Assembly: GCA_963806535.1 (NCBI GenBank)
Contig: CAWDYC010000007.1
Span: 333,043 to 397,042, forward strand
Direction of reading: 5' to 3'
Source of the DNA: Candidatus Bathyarchaeota archaeon
GTDB lineage: Archaea; Thermoproteota; Bathyarchaeia; Bathyarchaeales; Bathycorpusculaceae
Length of the DNA: 64,000 nucleotides
The position numbers and the translations under genes are program-made. Positions 21,279 through 31,137 of this stretch are shown here, one piece after another. Within the stretch, counting starts at the first letter, position 1. Each line of letters starts with the position of its first letter. The notes under the pieces are model-generated. The model was not told the DNA's origin, searched no databases, and saw only the letters and a list, made by a program, of their open reading frames with translations.

Positions 21279-22520
21279 ATGGGGGATCAAAACATATTAG
21301 ATGACGTATTCGAAAATTTCGTAAATGGCGTTCGGCTGTTTAAAGACAGAGAAGTTCTAAGGCATGACTATCTTCCTGAAAAATTACCCCACAGAGAAGA
21401 ACAAATAAAATTGCTAGGGCAAACTGTGGCACCAGTCCTAAGAGATTCCCGATGCTCCAACATTTTTATTTATGGAAAAACCGGTACTGGAAAAACAGCA
21501 GTAACAAAATATGTATTAAGTCATTTAGAATCTAAGGCAAAAGAATATGGTTCACAAGTAAAATTTTGTTATATAAATTGTCGAATGACAGGTTCAGAAT
21601 ATCGCGTTTTCGCAGCTCTAAGCCAAAACATCGGTATGACGATACCTTTTACAGGGTTATCAGTTGGCGAAGTTTTTGACAGGTTCAGAAATGCTTTAGA
21701 TTCTTCAAGAATAATTTTCATAATAATTCTCGATGAAATCGATGCCTTAATCAAAGACAAAGGTGACGCTTTCATGTATGAGTTAACAAGGATAAATGAA
21801 ACTCTAACAAAAAGCAAAGTTGCGATAATCGGGATATCAAATGATCTTCGTTTGAAAGAATTTTTGGATCCAAGAGTTTTTAGTTCTCTTAGTGAGGAAG
21901 AACTGGTTTTTAGGCCATACGACGCAGGTGAACTTCGAAATATTCTTCTTGAACGCTCAAAGCTATCTTTTCAAGATGGTGCTTTGTCTGATTCAGCATT
22001 AAGTATTTGCTCTGCTTTGGCTGCTGCAGAGCATGGTGATGCTAGGCGTGCTCTGGATTTGCTCCGTGTCGCTGGAGAAGTAGCTGAACGTCAAGGCGCA
22101 AAAGTTGTTACGGAAGAGCATGTACGTCAGGCAGAAAAACATATTGAACATAACCGAGTAGTGGAATCTCTCAAAAATTTAACGTTGCATTCCAAATTAG
22201 TGCTTCTCAGTGTTTACCACTTAAACAAACCAAGTGCAACAACAGGCGAAATATACGATGTTTACAACGAATTATGCGGCGAAATGGGCTCAGGTCTCTT
22301 AACACAACGTCGTTTGGGCACTCTAATTAATGAGCTTGATTCCATGGGGCTTGTTAACGCCAAAGTTGTGAGTATGGGACGATACGGCAGAACCAAAAAA
22401 ATAAGACTTGAAATCTCAAGAAGCTTGATCCGAGATGTATTTAATGACGATACTCGATTTAGCCGCTTAATCGACTATTCACCACAAACTCACGCAAAAG
22501 ACTTAACTCGCCAAAGTTAG
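21279..22520 (+). CDS. cdc6: Orc1/Cdc6 replication initiator
   Basis: GKTGTGKT, LDEID, HGDARRALDLLR, C-terminal wH domain SMGRYGRTK. Confidence 0.95.
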   Translation: MGDQNILDDVFENFVNGVRLFKDREVLRHDYLPEKLPHREEQIKLLGQTVAPVLRDSRCSNIFIYGKTGTGKTAVTKYVLSHLESKAKEYGSQVKFCYINCRMTGSEYRVFAALSQNIGMTIPFTGLSVGEVFDRFRNALDSSRIIFIIILDEIDALIKDKGDAFMYELTRINETLTKSKVAIIGISNDLRLKEFLDPRVFSSLSEEELVFRPYDAGELRNILLERSKLSFQDGALSDSALSICSALAAAEHGDARRALDLLRVAGEVAERQGAKVVTEEHVRQAEKHIEHNRVVESLKNLTLHSKLVLLSVYHLNKPSATTGEIYDVYNELCGEMGSGLLTQRRLGTLINELDSMGLVNAKVVSMGRYGRTKKIRLEISRSLIRDVFNDDTRFSRLIDYSPQTHAKDLTRQS

Positions 22521-22535
22521 CTTCTTGAGAACACA

Positions 22536-24112
22536 TTAGATAAATGAAAGAACTGTTATTTCTAATGTTTGCAGGTTTACAACTGGCACTTTTCCAGGGG
22601 TAGGAACCAACCCTAATTTTTCCATGTAATCTGTCTGTGCTTGCCAACCACCTGAATTTACAACAAGTACTCCACGATAATTGAGGTATCCTAATACGTG
22701 GATGTGGCCAGCGTGAAAAATATCGGGCACTCTATCAATTACTAAGTAATCGCGGTTTTCTGGCGACAACATGGTTTTTCCTCCGTAGACGGGCGCTAAA
22801 TGACGACTTTGCATTAATAGTTTCATTGATTTTTCTGGGTGAGCATGGTCCATTCCAGGTATTACAGCGACTATGTCGTCCAAGCTTCGACCATGATACA
22901 TTAAAACTTCGACGCCATGCACGCTCAAAAGACAGGGGCTTCCAACAGAGTGAATATTCTTTTTCCCTTGAATTCCGGTCAAATAGCCTTCTGGAATCGC
23001 GGGCTGTGGCAAAGCTTTACGTGAAGCATCATGATTGCCAGGTGAAATCACTATTTCTATGTAGTCAGGGAATTTTTTCCAGATATTTAGCAGCAAAATT
23101 ATATTGTTTATGAACATCCCGAATGGATAATTCTTTTGCTTGGTTAGGGTAAATTCCAACTCCATCAACGATGTCGCCGGCGATTAATACGTACTTTACT
23201 CTTCCTGCTATTTCCTTCATTTCTTCGTTTCCATATTTGCCTCTTAGCCATAATATGAACCGTTTGAATGCTTCTTTTTCAAACTTATTGCTGCCAATGT
23301 GAAGGTCCGAAGTTAAGACAGCATAAACTGGTTCTTGGGCTCTCTGTTGAGGTTTTTTGCCTATTTCTGGAAAGATAATGTCTTCGAGCTAGGAAGAGGT
23401 TAGTTCGTGTTTTTATTACTGCCAAACAGACTACTTGGTCTGGCAAAAGAAGGAGTGCTCTTTTTTTGACTTCTTCTTGCGCTTTTTGAGGAACCAAAAC
23501 GGTTGCGCTTCCTTGCAGATCTTCAACTGACAATATCATTTGATTTTTTGATTCTCTCTTTTCCGTTATCATACAAATTAGCTTGAGTTTTGTTTTGGCA
23601 GGAGATTTGAGCGCTTCAATTATTGATGTTGCGGCTCTTACATCGATTCTTTGTCGAAGCAAATGTTCTATTCGTTTGAATCTGTCTTGGAAATATAGTA
23701 TATATTCTTCTAATGTGCCGTTGGAACTAAGTTTGCCAGTTGCATCTTCAAGGACAAATAGGTTTGACTTTATATCCTTGGCGTATGGATAAAAACTGGT
23801 GTTCAAATCTGCAATGACTTGATTTAGATGCTGAGTGGTATGTTGTTGAATAGGGTGCTGTTGCTGTGGCTGCGTTTGCGTTTCGATAACTGGTACGGTT
23901 AGCTGTTGCGCCAAAGTTTCCAAGAATGCTTTGTCAATAAAGAATGGTTTTTCTTCTAGGTCCTGGAGTTTTCGAAGAGCTGAATTCATAATGTCCACTG
24001 GGTCGTTGAGGTCAGAGTTTTGGCTCAAGAATTCGAAAGCTTCGCTGTCTAACTGGTATCCTGCCGCGAGTGTTGTCTCCATTGCTTTTTGTAGTTTTTC
24101 TTCTGCACTCAT
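22536..24112 (-). CDS. polB: DNA polymerase D small subunit DP1 (3'-5' exonuclease), two frameshifts
   Basis: YFQDRF, OB fold, SPGNHD, YHGRS, RHLAP, HAGHIH spread over ORFs 23285-24112 and 22536-23168. Confidence 0.9.
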
Positions 24113-24405
24113 TTTGATCTTGTTACCGTGCTTTGAATTGATGGTTAAGTGTTAGGCTCTTATGCTTTTGCTTTATTTACTGTTTTTCATTTTGCTGTGC
24201 AAACTTGAGCTTAGCAGAAAACTTAGTTTCTTTGTCTGAAGTTAATTCAAATTAAACCTTTAACCAGAAAACAGCCCAAAACAAAAACAAAACATTTGCC
24301 GTCAAGAGGTTTCAGGATGTAAAGAAACACAAATAGCGGAATATGTACACCAGAAATGAATAAAGATACAATCTGCCCTTTAGGATTGTAAATTGGGCCA
24401 AAAAA

Positions 24406-24470
24406 GGTCTAACAGAATCATTTTCAGTCTAATGCAGTCATAAAGAGTCAAAAACAGTCAAATCTAGTCT
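24406..24470. repeat. AGTC motif at an exact 10-bp period
   Basis: AGTC at 24426, 24436, 24446, 24456, 24466, plus degenerate GGTC at 24406 and AATC at 24416. Confidence 0.6.
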
Positions 24471-24743
24471 CAACCCGCAAACAGAGCAAACCCTGAACCA
24501 AAGAAGCAAACTGAAACACAAACAACCAAATTTAGTTCAAAAAAATAAGGCCCTATTAGCCTTCACTTTTATCACTCAACGTGCAACCAAATTAAGCTTT
24601 AAACCAAAAAAGCAATTTGAAATAATCTGAACGAAAACTAATACAGAAAACCATCAACAAGTCTACTTTATCTTCTATGTTTTAAAAAAACTGATTATTC
24701 GAAATTGATTTAGTTTATATAAGCGACGTACAGTTTAGATAAG

Positions 24744-25742
24744 TTGTATCTTGCTTGGGGTAAGCTTATGAGTGAATCACGCAAAGTTCAACAAACACCC
24801 ACCGGCACTTTTTTTGTTTGCGTGCCTAGAGATTGGGCTAAGAAGAACGCCTTAAAAAAAGGTGACTTAGTACGATTGGAAGTTACCGGTGACGGCAAGC
24901 TTGTTGTGGATCCATCCAATAACGTTGAGACGCCACCTAGAATTACCTCTTTAACGGTCGGCCCCTACTTGGGCAGAGAGATTGTTGGCCGTTACCTATT
25001 AGGCTATGATATAATTGATATTGAAGCAAAAGACAGAATTGATTCTGAAGCCAGAAAAATAGTTAAGTCAACTGCCAGTTCATTAGCTGGTTTAGAGATT
25101 GTAGAGGAAACGAGCTCAAAGATTTCTCTGCAAACCTTAATGCAGCAGCCATCTGGATTTATACCCGAAAAAATTCTGCATCGAACTTACGCAATTGTAG
25201 CAGGAATGACTCGCGACGCTGCTAATTCTTTTGTTTATGGCGATGTTGAGTTAGCTAAGAATGTTATTGAGAGAGATGCTGAAAGCAACAAATTGTATTT
25301 TCTCTTGGTTAGAATTCTAAGGACAATCATTCAGAATCCTCGCTTAAGCGATAAGCTGGGAATTACTCCAATAGAGTGTTTGGATTATCGTTTGGCCGCA
25401 AGTCTGATTGAAGGCATTGGCGATGCATGTGTGCAAGTAGCCGCAAAAACAATTGCGTTGAACGGCGTAAAGATGTCTACTGAACTGCAAAAACTGCTTC
25501 TTGATTTGCAGGAAGTTTGTTGCAAAGCCAATGAACAGGCCTTAAAATCCTTCGTAACCAAGGATATTTCTATGGCAGAAAACGTGCGAAACCTAAGGAC
25601 AAAAATCGATGATACATACTCAAACATTGAGCAAGAGGCAAAAGACTCTTCTGTAGATTTAATGCCGCAGCTTTTGGCAACAGTTTCTTTTCTTAGACAG
25701 ATTTACGAACGTAGCGTAGACATGGCAGACTTGGTTGTTTAA
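24744..25742 (+). CDS. phoU: Phosphate uptake regulator, AbrB-like N-terminus plus two PhoU domains
   Basis: RKVQQT..TFFVCVPRDWAKK AbrB motif; YLLGYD; IEGIGD. Confidence 0.85.
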   Translation: MYLAWGKLMSESRKVQQTPTGTFFVCVPRDWAKKNALKKGDLVRLEVTGDGKLVVDPSNNVETPPRITSLTVGPYLGREIVGRYLLGYDIIDIEAKDRIDSEARKIVKSTASSLAGLEIVEETSSKISLQTLMQQPSGFIPEKILHRTYAIVAGMTRDAANSFVYGDVELAKNVIERDAESNKLYFLLVRILRTIIQNPRLSDKLGITPIECLDYRLAASLIEGIGDACVQVAAKTIALNGVKMSTELQKLLLDLQEVCCKANEQALKSFVTKDISMAENVRNLRTKIDDTYSNIEQEAKDSSVDLMPQLLATVSFLRQIYERSVDMADLVV

Positions 25743-25796
25743 TCGCTGGTAAAGGGTTAAATTTCCAAGTTTATATTCACATCAGGGATAACTTGC

Positions 25797-26417
25797 ATGT
25801 CAAGTATTACTGATAGAGTCGCTGATGCTCTTTACTCATCTGGCTGCTTAAAGTTTGGAAGTTTCAAAATTAAGTCAGGAGCAACCAGCCCATATTACAT
25901 AGACCTTGCCCGTTTGCTTTCTAAGCCAAAACATCTTTGCACGATTGCTGAAGTAGCAGCTGAGCAGATAACACAAATAATGATTTCTGACCGTATAGAC
26001 AAGTTAGCCTCGATTGAGCTCAAAGGTGCTTTGATAGTCCCTAGCATAGCTTGCGAACTAAATTTGCCCTGTATTATAGTTAGAAAAGAGTCGAAAGCCT
26101 ACGGTGTTACAGGCAGAATAGCTGGCGCCGACGTAGCAAAAGGCGATAACATCCTCTTCTTCGATGACGTCGTAAGCGAAGGGTTATCCAAAATTGAAGG
26201 CATCAAACCATTGCAGGAGTTAGACGGTAATGTCAAGCATTTGCTTGTTGTTGTCAACAGGGAACAAGGCGGCAAAGAGAACTTGGAAAAACTAGGTTTT
26301 AAAGTGCATTCTTTAGCTAAAGTTAGTGAACTCGTTAATTCGCTATATCAGAGCGCCCGTATTTCAAGCCTTCAACAACAAGAAGTAATTGATTATGTAA
26401 GAACTTCCAAGACTTAG
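25797..26417 (+). CDS. pyrE: Orotate phosphoribosyltransferase
   Basis: KFGSFKIKSGATSPYYIDL, RKESKAYG, FDDVVSEG. Confidence 0.85.
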   Translation: MSSITDRVADALYSSGCLKFGSFKIKSGATSPYYIDLARLLSKPKHLCTIAEVAAEQITQIMISDRIDKLASIELKGALIVPSIACELNLPCIIVRKESKAYGVTGRIAGADVAKGDNILFFDDVVSEGLSKIEGIKPLQELDGNVKHLLVVVNREQGGKENLEKLGFKVHSLAKVSELVNSLYQSARISSLQQQEVIDYVRTSKT

Positions 26418-26582
26418 AAAAATGTCCCACTCAAAGTTTTATGACATTATTTACATAACCGCTCTTTCTGATTGCATAAGTTCAAATCTAATTAGCGAAA
26501 AGTAGTATTTCAGACGAATAGAAACCGCACATTTATTTGGATGTAGCTCACACAAGAATAACTTTAAAGGAAGACATAACCA

Positions 26583-27599
26583 ATGAACGACCAAAGACAA
26601 GTGGTTAACGCCTTACTAAATCCTCAAGCTTATCCCCAAGAACCAGGCAAAATCAAACTGATACAAACACACATATCTTTTGTCTTTGTAACCAAAAAAT
26701 ATGTTTACAAAATGAAGAAGGCAGTAAACTTTGGCTTTCTCGACTTCTCTACTCTTAGCAAGAGACGCTTTTTCTGTGAAAAAGAATTGGAGCTCAACAA
26801 GAGACTTTGCGCAGATGTGTACCTCGAAGTTGTGCCTATCAACCAATCAAACATTATTAAAATACAAGGCGATGGCGAAACAATTGAATTTGCTCTAAAA
26901 ATGAAACGTCTTCCTCAGCAAAAAATAATGACCCTGCTGCTTAAAAAAGGCAAAGTTAACGATAAAACCATCGATGATTTAACCAAAATTATTGTGGAAT
27001 TCCATTCTAACGCACAAACAAACAATGAAATAAACGATTATGGCTCTCTTAAAATTATAAAGACTAATTGGGATGAAAATTTCGCTCAAACCCTGAAATA
27101 TATTAATCAAACAATCTCCAAACCGGATTTAGAATTTATTCAGAGTCGCATAAACGACTTCATGGAAAAAAATAACCTGCTCTTTGAAAGCAGAATAAGA
27201 AATAATAAAATCAGAGACTGCCATGGTGATATGCACTCAGGAAACATATTCATCACGGAGCCTATCTGCATCTTTGATGCTATCGAATTTAACGATCGTT
27301 TCAGATACTCTGATGTGGCTTCAGATGTTGCGTTTTTAGCAATGGACCTTGATTTTCAAGATAGACCTGACTTGTCAGCTTACTTCATCGGCAGATACAT
27401 AACTTACTCCAAAGACCAAGAACTGAAAGGAGTTCTTTCATTTTACAAGTGCTATAGAGCCTATGTTCGTGGAAAAGTGATCAGTTTCAAACTTGATGAC
27501 CAAAACGTGACGGCTGAGGAAAAGAAACGCGCAGTCAAAGACGCACAAGCATACTTTAGACTGGCTCTCGAATATGCGAAAGAATTACAGAACTTTTAG
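26583..27599 (+). CDS. Aminoglycoside-phosphotransferase-like kinase-fold protein (COG2187-like)
   Basis: QTHIS, YKMKK, DFSTL, CHGDMHSGNI, FDAIEFN. Confidence 0.8.
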   Translation: MNDQRQVVNALLNPQAYPQEPGKIKLIQTHISFVFVTKKYVYKMKKAVNFGFLDFSTLSKRRFFCEKELELNKRLCADVYLEVVPINQSNIIKIQGDGETIEFALKMKRLPQQKIMTLLLKKGKVNDKTIDDLTKIIVEFHSNAQTNNEINDYGSLKIIKTNWDENFAQTLKYINQTISKPDLEFIQSRINDFMEKNNLLFESRIRNNKIRDCHGDMHSGNIFITEPICIFDAIEFNDRFRYSDVASDVAFLAMDLDFQDRPDLSAYFIGRYITYSKDQELKGVLSFYKCYRAYVRGKVISFKLDDQNVTAEEKKRAVKDAQAYFRLALEYAKELQNF

Positions 27600-28466
27600 T
27601 TATACGAATTGGTCAGCCACGCAATTAGGAATTTGAACCGTGCCCATTAGGATTGGTTTTTGGTGGCAATCACTTCCGCCAGTCATAATTAACCCTTGCT
27701 TTTTTGCAAACGCTATGTAGTGACTTGTTGTTTCTTGCGTGTTTCTTGAATGCCAACACTCTATACCATCGATATAAGGCAAAATTTTCTCTTGTATGAT
27801 TTCCGTTTGCTCAACTAATGATTTAGTTAATGTTGTCAACGATGTGCCATGAGGATCATTTGGGTGAGCGAGAACGAGTTTTCCCCCGGCGTTTCTGATA
27901 AGATTGGCTGCTTCTTCCAAACTAAGCGGGTACTTGGGAACATCGCATTTTACAAGGTACTTATCGAACGCTTCTTGCCGTGACTGCACTATGTTCTTCT
28001 TGACTAAGTAATCAGCAATGTGAGGCCTACCCAAAACTCCGTCAACCGATTCTTCAATCTGCCTGAAATCATCATCAGTTAGAGCTGGAATATTTTCTTT
28101 TTTGAACTCAGCATTAAGGTTAGCAAGAATTTTCGCTGCCCTTTCATCTCGGAACTTTGCCATCATTTCAAGTTTGCTTTTCAAGGCAATATTTTCTGCG
28201 TCAAATTGGTAGCCTAAAAAATCTAGTGAAACAGCTTTTCCGTCACGGAACTTTGGATGGCAAAACGTCACATTTAACTCTACACCCGTGACATAACGGA
28301 TACTCTCATGTTTAGCAATTGCAACGGCTTTTGTTTGACAACTGATAGTATCATGGTCTGAGATTGACAAGAAGTCTATTTTTCGGTTTTTTGCTTCTTT
28401 AAAGATTTCTTGAACGGTAAGTTTGCCATCCGAGGATTTTGAGTGAATATGCAGATCGATTATCAT
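27600..28466 (-). CDS. PHP-domain metal-dependent phosphoesterase
   Basis: DLHIHS..SDG, SDHD, GRPH, LAHP, GGSDCH. Confidence 0.9.
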   Translation of the reverse strand: MIIDLHIHSKSSDGKLTVQEIFKEAKNRKIDFLSISDHDTISCQTKAVAIAKHESIRYVTGVELNVTFCHPKFRDGKAVSLDFLGYQFDAENIALKSKLEMMAKFRDERAAKILANLNAEFKKENIPALTDDDFRQIEESVDGVLGRPHIADYLVKKNIVQSRQEAFDKYLVKCDVPKYPLSLEEAANLIRNAGGKLVLAHPNDPHGTSLTTLTKSLVEQTEIIQEKILPYIDGIECWHSRNTQETTSHYIAFAKKQGLIMTGGSDCHQKPILMGTVQIPNCVADQFV

Positions 28467-28481
28467 CTAACAATTCTCTGA

Positions 28482-29087
28482 TTACTTTTTGTTCATTCCT
28501 ATAATGTGCCAGTCTTCTGGGTTGTCACTGCACGTATCAACAGTTAAATGGAGTACATGTAAATTTGGATTGTTTTTCTTTATGCCGTCGATGTCTACTG
28601 ATTCAAACTTTTTCTTGTTAGCAAGATACGCGTCTACCGTTAGAGCATTTGATTCATAATTCTCTTTGGTTCTCCTTTCAATTCTTGCAACAGAAACTTC
28701 CTGGGGGCAGCTTGTCTGCATTATAACAAATTCCATTTTATGTTTGGCCGCTACTTCTGCAGCCCGCTTGCGTAAATCTTGAGTTACAAATGTGGCATCC
28801 AAAATAATGCCGCCTCCGCTTTTGCCTGCAAGTTCATCTGCTCGACGAAAGACTTCGTCATAAACTGACATACGTTTGTTCATGTTTCCAGCAACTTTAG
28901 GGTCAAAAACATCCTCGTTCTTAAGTACTTCCAAACGGATTATGTCGCTTCGGAGAATTGTGTATTTTTTGATTTTTGAGACTTCTTCTGCAGTTTCTGT
29001 TTTCCAAGTACCAGGTAATCCGCAGGTAATGAGTAGTGTTCTTGGTCCGAGATTTGCTTTAATGAATTTGGCAAAAGGTTCTTTCAA
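28482..29087 (-). CDS. AAA_33-type P-loop kinase (COG0645-like)
   Basis: CGLPGTWKT, RSDIIR, ILDATF. Confidence 0.8.
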   Translation of the reverse strand: MKEPFAKFIKANLGPRTLLITCGLPGTWKTETAEEVSKIKKYTILRSDIIRLEVLKNEDVFDPKVAGNMNKRMSVYDEVFRRADELAGKSGGGIILDATFVTQDLRKRAAEVAAKHKMEFVIMQTSCPQEVSVARIERRTKENYESNALTVDAYLANKKKFESVDIDGIKKNNPNLHVLHLTVDTCSDNPEDWHIIGMNKK

Positions 29088-29245
29088 GCATATTCCCTCT
29101 TATAGTTAGCTTTGGATGGGGCGTAATTAAACTTTTTCCAACTCAAAACGATGCTTACTAACTATTGCTTAACTTAAATTGACTCTAATATAAGGAAATT
29201 CTAAATAGGTAGAAGTTACACTGTTCCTAAAAAGAAGGAATATTC

Positions 29246-30502
29246 ATGGAAAAATTCCAAGTTAAAGACAAAACTTTGGCACCTCAAGGTAACTTACAAA
29301 TCGAATGGGCCGCAAAACACATGCCCGTCCTTAATATTATAAAAACACGATTCGAAAAAGAAAAACCGTTTAAAAGCCAAACCTTAGCTGCATGTCTACA
29401 CGTAACCAAGGAAACAGCAGTCCTTATTAAAGCATTAATTTCTGGAGGTGCAGATATCGCACTTTGTGGTTCTAACCCCCTTTCAACCCAAGATGATGTC
29501 GCTGCTGCCTTAGCAGACAGTGGCGTTCATGTTTTCGCTTGGAGAGGACAAAACACTGAAGAATATTACCAGTGCATAGATAAAGTCCTTGATTACAAGC
29601 CAACCATAACCCTCGACGATGGTGCAGACTTAGTCGGGACTCTACATAGTAAACGCCAAAATCAGATCAAAGATCTCAAAGGCGGTACCGAAGAAACTAC
29701 AACAGGCGTTATTCGTCTAAGAGCTATGGAGAAAGATGGTAGTCTCAAGTACCCAATCGTAGCCGTAAACGATGCCTTCACAAAATACCTTTTCGATAAT
29801 CGTTATGGAACAGGTCAAAGCACGATGGATGGAATTCTGCGAGCAACTTCAATTTTAATTGCAGGCAAAAACTTTGTAGTCGGAGGTTACGGATGGTGCA
29901 GCCGAGGCATTGCGATGCGGGCTCAAGGTATGGGTGCAAACGTTATAGTAACCGAAGTTCAACCCACTCGTGCACTGGAAGCAGCCATGAATGGTCTGCG
30001 TGTAATGCCGATGTCTGAAGCGGCTGCTATTGGTGATATATTTGTAACTGCAACCGGCGACCTAAATGTTATTCGCAAAGAGCACATGCAGAAGATGAAG
30101 GATGGTGCAATTATGTGCAATAGCGGTCACTTCAATGTGGAAATCAGCATTCCTGATTTAGAATCGCTCTCCAAAGGTAAACGCACTATTCGTCCAAACA
30201 TGGAGGAATATGCCCTAAAGGATGGCAGAAAACTCTATCTACTTGCCGAGGGTAGACTGGTCAATTTAGCGGCAGCGGAAGGTCATCCATCAGAAGTTAT
30301 GGATATGTCCTTTGCAAATCAAGCTCTAAATTCTGAGTTCATAGTTAAATCTGGAAAGCTTCAAAACAAGGTTTACTGTGTTCCAAAGGAAATTGATGAA
30401 AAAGTCGCTGAAATGAAGCTTAATTCGATGGGTATAAGAATCGATGAGCTTACTGCTGAGCAGAAAAAGTACTTGTCATCCTGGGAAATGGGAACGACCT
30501 AA
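29246..30502 (+). CDS. ahcY: Adenosylhomocysteinase
   Basis: [35 protein letters not shown]. Confidence 0.97.
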   Translation: MEKFQVKDKTLAPQGNLQIEWAAKHMPVLNIIKTRFEKEKPFKSQTLAACLHVTKETAVLIKALISGGADIALCGSNPLSTQDDVAAALADSGVHVFAWRGQNTEEYYQCIDKVLDYKPTITLDDGADLVGTLHSKRQNQIKDLKGGTEETTTGVIRLRAMEKDGSLKYPIVAVNDAFTKYLFDNRYGTGQSTMDGILRATSILIAGKNFVVGGYGWCSRGIAMRAQGMGANVIVTEVQPTRALEAAMNGLRVMPMSEAAAIGDIFVTATGDLNVIRKEHMQKMKDGAIMCNSGHFNVEISIPDLESLSKGKRTIRPNMEEYALKDGRKLYLLAEGRLVNLAAAEGHPSEVMDMSFANQALNSEFIVKSGKLQNKVYCVPKEIDEKVAEMKLNSMGIRIDELTAEQKKYLSSWEMGTT

Positions 30503-30575
30503 GCAAGAGCTTGCTCATTACATGACAAACTTTAAATTGCTTGACATAATACATGGCTATAAAGTGGTGACTTAA

Positions 30576-30947
30576 ATGGTTAGCAAAGATCAAGGTATAG
30601 GTGGAGCAATACTCGCAGTATGCGTTATCGTAGCATTAGCATTTGTAGTGCTCGTTATTTTCCCGGCAGAGGTTTCTAAGTTATTTGGCATGGCTATCAA
30701 CGATAATACTGGTAGCACAGTCAGGCTAGATGTCGTCTTGATTCTTGTTTCCATAGCATTTATCGCCATATTAGCGATCGGTGCGTGGATAGGCTGGACA
30801 ATGGCAACAACACCGCCTCCAAAACCAATCGAAGAAATAACAACTGAGATCGAAGAGAAAAAAGAAGAACCAAAGGCAGACGAGCCAGTTAAACAAGCCG
30901 ATATGACTTCCACCGAAGATAAAAATGCACCGAAGAAAAAGAAATAA
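30576..30947 (+). CDS. Two-TM membrane protein with acidic/basic tail
   Basis: Two hydrophobic helices then WIGWTMATTPPPKPIEE. Confidence 0.7.
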   Translation: MVSKDQGIGGAILAVCVIVALAFVVLVIFPAEVSKLFGMAINDNTGSTVRLDVVLILVSIAFIAILAIGAWIGWTMATTPPPKPIEEITTEIEEKKEEPKADEPVKQADMTSTEDKNAPKKKK

Positions 30948-31137
30948 ATTCAAATCAAATCTTTTCTATCTTTCGCTTCTTTAGTTTTTTTATTTATCTA
31001 TATCAAAATTTTATCTGATTACTTAATCGGTTCACGCCTTTTTCCTTCGTTTTGCGGACTGCCAAAGCGATTCTAACTATCAGTAAAGTTTTCGAAAGAT
31101 ATCCATAAATGAAATAGTCTCTGTAATCGTACTCTTT

